The notes under the pieces were generated by a model that saw only the letters and a list, made by a program, of their open reading frames with translations, was not told where the DNA came from and ran no database searches. From NCBI GenBank assembly GCA_040954595.2, contig CM082579.2, positions 8,545,625-8,609,624 of the forward strand: 64,000 nucleotides of DNA. The letters run 5' to 3'. The translations under genes and the position numbers were made by a program. Origin of the DNA: Balanoglossus misakiensis (Eukaryota; Animalia; Hemichordata). Position 1 is the first letter of the stretch. Each line of letters opens with the position of its first letter. Positions 57,001-64,000 of the stretch are shown in pieces.

Positions 57001-60000
57001 CACAGAACAAAATCTTCCAAAGGTGGGCTACAGCTACTGTCGTCGAGGGCCTGCAATGTCAGATTGTCACGAAGTCCAATATGTGCGTGTTCGCAGGCAA
57101 TGATGGCATGACTTCAGGGATATTCAAATATTCATGCTGAAATCTTTGGGGTTCGAAGATATTTAAATAATTCTCACCACAACCGAAAGCAATGACGGAG
57201 AAATATAGTCATATTTGTTTTCAGAGTCGGAGAGCGCGGCATCGGCGGGCGAACCCCAATCCCCGCGCCCACCCTCCAAAACAAACGTGTCCAGCAACGA
57301 CCCGAACGCGATCATGTTCGAGATGCGCAAGACGGTGGCACTGATGAAGAGGGGCTCCGACGTCGACATGCGGGTGGCGCTGGAGAGAGTGGCGGTGACC
57401 CTGCTCAAACCGTACCACGACACCGAAAACGACAAGATACGCCAGAGATTCGGCGACCACTTGGCCAACCTGGACGGGGGGCACGAGCTGACGAAGCTGC
57501 TCCGGCGACTGAACGACATGGGCATGGAGTCGGAGCTGGCGTGGACCGGCATGGAAATCGTGCGGAGCACGTGCTGGAACTACTGCGACGCCAGCCTGAA
57601 GATCGGTTCACAGTTCGGTCGGTCGGGGCTCCTCGAACTGATGCTGGAGGACCTGGACAGATACGGACCTCGCCAAACAACAAACCAGGTAATGTTCACA
57701 TATGGAACAGAAGAAGAACAACTAAAGATTCGTCAATACGTAATTAATGTTGTCCTATTAGTACAATACGATATCATATTTTCCTGATTGGTTGTCATTC
57801 ATTGACGTAAATTCATAAACAGAATGTAAATCCTTGTTTATCACTTCCAAGATCATGACGACACCAAGCTGACCAAATAAAATGTCAGCAAACACCTCCT
57901 CCTACCTACTCCAATATGATAAACGTATACTACAGGTTCGGATATTTGTATACCTATAAGTTATAAAAATTACTTTTCTACAGAAAAGAAGATTCATAGT
58001 GATGTCGGCATTGAGTATTCTACACAACTCTGCCAAGATTTCTGAAAATAAGCAAGTCTACCGTGACATCAGAGCCGTGGAGAGAATCGCGCCATTTATG
58101 AAGTCAGACGACATGGAGCTTGCTATGATCGCTATGCTGACGCTGTCCTACGTCGTGGAAGAAAACAAGGTTCGCCTGTTGGAGGCCAACGACGACGCCA
58201 TCGCCTATCTGATCGGGCTGCTGAAGAGTGCCTGCGGCGATCCGGACCTCCACGGCCACTCGGACGCCAGCAGATATTCCGCCTTCGAGATCGTCAAGGG
58301 GCTGGGCCACATCGCCGCGAACGACACGAATAAAAAGAAGATAGTCAACATGGACGCCGTCCCGCTGTTGGTGGACTTGATGAAGATGAAAGACCGACCG
58401 ATGGAGCAAGAGTGCGCCGCCAACGCCGTGTGGGCGCTGGCCAAGCTGGACGAGAACAAGAGGGAGATATCTTCCTGTGCAGGGCTGATGCCCACGTTGG
58501 CGGCTCTGGCCAGAAGCGACAACGCAGCCGTGAAACAGGCAGCAGAGAGGGCCATCATGAGGGTCAAACCAGTGCCAGGCCAGGTTCTAGGTGGGATTTT
58601 GTTTTCTGAAACCATTTTTGCCACTTTTTTCGATTTATAAGCCCCTTATGTCCGAATTTTAGGTAAACCGTACCCTATGGTCAGATTTTCGCAATCCGTT
58701 TTTTATGGGATTGACTATATACCAGCCAGAGCCTCTGGTTTGGCACATGCGCATAAGACGAGTCTGATGCTCTAATCCATAAGCGGAATACATGTACTTT
58801 CTGTTCAGGGGGCAGAGCAACAGCGGCGCCATCTTGCGACTACAGGAAACTGTGCGAAAGATTCAAGAACTCCTTGAAGCTGTCAGGTGAGCAAAAATAG
58901 AACTTGTGTAAAGTGTGAAGGAAGGCCCTCCTTACTGAAAAGTTTTTTTTTTTTTTTTTTTTTTTGCATTTTTCTCGATTCTGCGTTCTGTCTCAAGGGA
59001 ATGTTGGTGTTATTAACACAAATACGTATCGCTTGATATATTCAAAGGAGGTTGGAAAATAATTTCAGGTCAACAGAGAACAAAGAGTCAAGATGCAACG
59101 TTCCAGAACACAAGTGTCGTTTCAATGTTTAGTCTTTACACATGGGACAAATGTTAAAGGTATACAGTCACCTACGCAGTGTTCTGAGTCTTTGTATGTA
59201 CAATGTCTATACATTCCAGGCGCGTTTTTCGAGGGTGGATTCGACATGTGTTACTGTACAGCATGTCACGACAGCAGAGGAGACCAACTTTACTACGCCC
59301 GCGGCCGCCCAGCTAAAGATTATGCAGTGCCGATCGGATGGTGTCGCTTTGCCCTAAAGTAAGTGTTCCAGGTTAATTTGATTATTTGGCAAAGGGCGTC
59401 CTCTAGCGCTGATTGGGAAGTAAATCAGTTGCCCGTGTTGACTTTACAAAGATATCCGAAACATCATAAGCATGTTCGATAAAGCTCAGCTGTCGTAAAG
59501 CATAAAACATGACCCGTCTCTACGCTCGGACTTCTGACCATCTTTGTGTGAGATTTGCATTTTATGGAGAAAGCCAGTTTGATTGAAGCACGCATGCACT
59601 TGGAAAGCAACGCGCTAAAAACTTTTTGTTCAAGGTACATGCTCTCCAGCTTGTGTTTTGGGATTCACAATTTCCCCTAAACATTCCAGAGTGCCTCCGA
59701 GGGCAGAAGCTGTACAGGCATTCCAAAATTGGCACGTGGCTTTCCACGGAACAAGACTCGAGGCCGTTGAGTCGATACTGACGCACGGGCAACTTATGAT
59801 GCCAGGTATGTTCTTGCGCATGCGTCCTCAATACACCTGTAAGCATTTGAAGGTATACTCGATAACATGTGCAAATTTAGATCTGATAAAACGAAAAGTG
59901 GAGAGTTTGCCAATCACCGCTTTTCACTTGGCAAGTCACGCGACATATATCCTTTTAAAACGTATTAAAGTGTCACATTTCACTGTCGTATGTTAGGCTG

Positions 60001-60669
60001 TCGCATGCTTTATACTGTGTCTGTGTCTTAAAGGTGATACCTTAATGGGCGGCAAAAAACTTGGTGAGCTTCCTGGCCACTACACGTCCGATTGGAAACC
60101 AGAGGGCTTCGACACCAAACAACTATTTCTCTCGCCAAGTATCAGATACGCCGGATGTAACGTGTACGCCGCGTCGACCAGGTAGGATATCCAGCCAGAC
60201 TCGAACCTAACTCTCTCGGCCATGGTCTACTGAATTTATTTCAAGTTTCCCACAATTTCTCAATGGGATCATAGTTAATAGCAAAATGCTGAGTGATAAT
60301 ATTAAAACCTCTAGAGCTGCCACTTTTTGCATTATTTCATGATTTTATTTTCCATCCTGGTCCATCTAAATAAGCTTACTGATATAGCATTCATGAAAAC
60401 CGTATCGAAGCCCGATTGTGACTGCATCCCTAAAACATTCTGCAATGAACCGTTTTACATGCAGATACAAGGACGAAACAACGAAGAAGGCTTACGGGGC
60501 CAGAGTGGTGCTTCAGGTCTGCATCAACCCGAAGAGTTACAAAGTCGGCCCGCAGACCATCGCGGCGCGCTCCGAGATCGACCCGAAGTTCAGCAACCAG
60601 GAGATTGAGTGGTTCACCAAGGAGCGGGGATGTGTCATCTTGTACGGCTTGCTGGTGAAACTGGAGTAG
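54063..60669 (+). CDS. 995-aa multidomain protein: N-myristoylation motif, SPSB-type SPRY, neuralized (NHR) repeat, ARM repeats, NEURL4-type ADP-ribosyltransferase domain; exons 54063-54586, 54840-54976, 55408-55549, 55992-56259, 56667-56826, 57225-57688, 57984-58590, 58809-58886, 59220-59358, 59690-59805, 60034-60181, 60465-60669
   Basis: 12 GT-AG exons total 2988 nt and all phases are consistent. SPRY: HAWDPDD...TDLVRGKKGY..G.HSFEIYW...RGSHAMVGV...SWGWCL. NHR: FHPRCG...GVVLTRQPLKVDERFEVR...WSGSLEIGFT...YGVVDLYGQ. ARM: AVPLLVDLM...EQECAANAVWALA. NEURL4-like tail: CYCTACH...YAVPIGWCRF, WHVAFHGT, LFLSPSIRYAG, QVCINPKSYKVGPQT, EIEWFTKERG...LYGLLVKLE. Confidence 0.9.
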
Positions 60670-61170
60670 GGCCTACACCATGCAATTGTGTTTTCTTACT
60701 TACATTCGTACATAGGGGAAAAATCACCCATATCGAAAATATTAACTGTATATATGATTCCGACAACTACATTATTTCAAAACAGGTATATAGACAGAGC
60801 TCAAATATTGTTGACACAAATAGCCAGAATTGAGAGAATTCGTACTAACCGAATATTTCTAAAAAGTACAGGTGACTCATTAGGTACACCATGAGCGACA
60901 TTTCTTCTCTGTAAAATAACATATTTTACGAAATACGGGACTTGGTGATGATGTAAATTACTAGAGCACTTAGGGAAATGTGTCCTGATATGCAAACACG
61001 GGACTTTACTCCATTTTCGAAAACAGACACGGGCCATTTTACAAACGCCCTCATCAGAAGATATAGCATTCCAAGATACATTTTATCAGTTTATAAAATA
61101 GCAGTCAAGTGTGTTTAATTTTCCTTAAACGATATCAACACTGTAGAATATTTTTTTATGACAAGCACCT

Positions 61171-61245
61171 TTAACCCTTTCACACCCAATTCACCCTGTA
61201 CAGATCCAATCTTAGCATAGACAACAATAGATTTGGACCACAGGT
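61171..61245 (+). mobile_element. ~92-bp MITE, 3'-degenerate copy 5
   Basis: TTAACCCTTTCAC ... GACAACAATAGATTTGGACC. Confidence 0.55.
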
Positions 61246-61680
61246 TCAAACGAAGGCACACTGATAGTACTTCCTGAAAACGTATATCACAATAAAATAA
61301 TACATTTAGCAGAATTCCAAACACATTTAGCTGTCTGTATCGGCAACACATCTCAATAATTAACCTGATAAATAATAAATTTGTGTTTTACAGAATAAAA
61401 ATATTTACAAAACGTGTATGTAACATCCTTGAAAACGTCAAAAGACATAGTACCACCTGGGACTATCATACCTTACAAGTTAATGATGGTCCAGCAAAAG
61501 GAAATATTTAATTGCTAGCCAGATCATGTAAATTTATTTACACCAAAACTAAGTAAACTACTTTCTCTCTATAATACAAACACAGAAGACAAATTTCATG
61601 AGACCACTTCTTAAAACCTTGACAATAGTCATGTACAGGTCATGACAGTATGTACCAGAAGTGCGCCTTTCTACTTCAAA

Positions 61681-63656
61681 TCAAATTTCTATTTCAGGAT
61701 TCCTGCTCTTCCTTTTCAGCACAAAGTTCGCCAGATTTCTGGCATACTTCTTGCTGTAGAACGTGTAATCTTGATACCTGTACTCTCGGTACGTTATGCC
61801 ACTGCATACGAGATAACTCTGCTGCAGAAACAGGGCCGCGAAGGCAATCACCACAGCTGACGTGTACAGGACAGATGCAAATATTAGGGCTGACCTGTAG
61901 ATAAGCAGAAGTCAATGTTACATAGAAATTTTGCAAGTTTACTTTTCTCATTTCCTTGCTCAAATAGCTTGCGGTATGTGTCAATATTTACGTAAAGAAA
62001 TAGCACTTCCAGGAAAGCTAATATCTCAGGATATGTCACCGGTTGATGAGATCATTTTGATTGCCTCACTTACTGCTGATCCTCATAGGCATGCCTACAA
62101 TCAAACTGAGGGACGTAGGTTGCAGTCTGGTAGGTGCAGATACTCTGCAGACTGACATATGAGCCCCAAACTCCGGCTACGATGATAAGCAGCAAGGAAC
62201 ACAAGAATGACCGGTGGTTTTCAGCTCCGATGCAGCTGTCAATCCTACGGAAACAGAGAAAAACACCACCTCTGGTTAAAGGCACGTAAGCTGCAACTGG
62301 ATAAAAAATTAAAGTTTTAAATAATCTCATATATGCTTTTAATTATGTCTATTAAATGCTATTTCATGATAATATATCAAGCTCAACACTTATTTATGAC
62401 AAAATGGCCAAAAATTAAAGAAAAACGAAAATTCCTACAATTTTAAAAAAAGTGCAATATTGCAATGAAAAATGAAAATCTGATGTATCAGTGGTGTACA
62501 TTTACTTCCATGAGCTCAAGTGGATGAGATCATGTTTTGTTTATGAAGTTTCATAACCGGAAATGCAACATTTTCATTGTTTCTTGCATTTTCCCACGGT
62601 GGCGGCCATAATCGCTTGCGGCAAAGCTTTATTATTTATCTGGTTAAAACTTGCATATGCACTCATATTTAGGGTTTATTATGCTTGTGTATAGTTCACT
62701 GCCTTCATCTGCATGGACTAATGGTAGTGCAGTTTGAAACAAAAATTATGAAAATTATCCCAGAAGTTACAGCTTACGTGCCTTTAACTACAGTGGCACC
62801 TAAGTCATTCTCTGATCTTGGAATACAGCTACACAGCTACTATTAATAAACAAAGTTTGGTTTTCTTAAAGTCTTTGACATAACTTGCTGGGGGGAATAG
62901 TCCAATTCTGAAAACAACTTGAATTCTTACCACACACAATGATGATCCAGTGTTCGGACACAGTGCCTGCACACCTTGCAGTGTCCAGCTCTGGGTGGCC
63001 TGGTTATCCGACACACCTCGCACCAATTGTCTCCGTTCACATTATCAATGTTAACTGTAAATGAGTGACTCTGTTCACACAGCACTGTTTTATCGCCGGG
63101 TTTGCCGACCGAGGAGCCACAAGCTCTGGACACTGACGAGGTTCCTTCTCTGCGACTTGGTAGAAGCTCGTCGTACTGACCGCCGGAACCACTTCCGGGT
63201 GTCTGGCCGGACTTCCTGATGATCCCTGGATCCCGCTTGGAAAGGAAAAATGCCACGAACATGAGAAGTACTGTTGCCGCGATCCCGGCTAGCTCATACT
63301 CCGTCACATGGCCAAGCGGGACAACGCATCCAAAGAATATGACACCCAGGTAGACCACTGACACGAGCCCCCAGCTGTAGAAAAACCTGGTTCTGATTCT
63401 GAGTCTGGAGACCTGGCGAAAGTACAGCAGAGCGGCAAGAGGCAGGGTCACCAGCACCAGCACCGTCAGATAATAGTGCAAGGACGCTACGTACAGAGCC
63501 AGCGGGATGACAAAGACCGGAGGGAGGGCCGTAACGTCCGTCACTTCGTCAATTCTCCGGGCACCGCCGAGACACCACGGAATGCGCAGTCTGTCGCATG
63601 CCACTTCCCACACTCGGGTGAAATTCTCCACAGGGACTGGCTGGCACTTGATGAAC
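61681..63656 (-). CDS. ZDHHC23: DHHC palmitoyltransferase, ZDHHC23-like, 5'-partial; exons 62931-~63656, 62074-62244, 61681-61894
   Basis: DHHC-CRD WCEVCRITRPPRAGHCKVCRHCVRTLDHHCVW|IDSCIGAENHRSF. The segment CDRLRIPWCLGGARR...LPPVFVIP matches ZDHHC23 DRLRIPWLRGAKK...IPPLVLLP. TM4 is followed by GITYRE. The first coding exon is not identified in the window. Confidence 0.9.
62276..62787. mobile_element. ~510-bp TTAA-flanked MITE (Kolobok-like) in a ZDHHC23 intron
   Basis: TTAAAGGCACGTAAGCTGCAACT and AGTTACAGCTTACGTGCCTTTAA match 22/23 as inverted repeats, including TTAA. Confidence 0.8.
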
Positions 63657-64000
63657 CTGGTACAGGGATGGGGAGAAACACCTCTGTGAAATACATGTGC
63701 ATTGTACTCTGATCTGATCTGACCTTTAGTAGTTTGATGAATAACAATCAAGCTAATCGGTGTTGAAAGAAGGTGCATGAATATACATGTATTTGACAGC
63801 TGTACATACATGCTCATTATGATTATCATTACCGGTACATTTGCAATTACATGTTTTAATGCCGTCAAATTAAACTGCGTTTTCTAAAGCTGTGCCACAA
63901 AAGGGATTGTCTGTGGTGCCTTTGTACCTACAGAAAATTCAAAAGGACAGGTAGATTAATTTGACAAATTACGTAGTGAACTGGTATATTCCCTGGAATA

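Noticed and set aside
29259-63656. Lipidation theme: CAAX protein, myristoylated ART protein and DHHC enzyme close together
   Set aside because: Animal gene neighbourhoods rarely imply a shared pathway, and unrelated genes lie between them.
63657-63868. 5' part of the 313-aa DHHC ORF
   Set aside because: Intron read-through. Similarity to ZDHHC23 begins at the acceptor near 63656.

Overview
Intron-rich, AT-rich animal genomic DNA, not prokaryotic. Gene content and repeats suggest a marine invertebrate deuterostome such as a hemichordate, echinoderm or amphioxus (inference only). I rebuilt spliced gene models by hand from splice sites and reading-frame continuity. Genes in order: (1) a type II Golgi sulfotransferase (-); (2) AADAT/KAT II (+, 11 coding exons); (3) an unnamed 437-aa protein made of four ~100-aa internal repeats and ending in a CAAX box (-, 7 coding exons); (4) a tandem pair of ER-retained serpins, where copy 1 has an MRKR|S convertase-type loop and KDEL, and copy 2 has a rewritten loop and KNEL; (5) HMMR/RHAMM (-); (6) a 995-aa protein with an N-myristoylation motif, SPSB-type SPRY, one neuralized repeat, ARM repeats and a NEURL4-type H-Y-E ADP-ribosyltransferase domain (+, 12 exons); (7) the 3' part of ZDHHC23 (-). 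A very young non-autonomous Mag/Gypsy LTR element sits 58 bp upstream of the second serpin ATG. MITEs and microsatellites are common. About 6-19.5 kb has no supportable coding gene. The most novel-looking items are the SPRY-NHR-ARM-ART protein, the serpin loop switch and the four-repeat CAAX protein.
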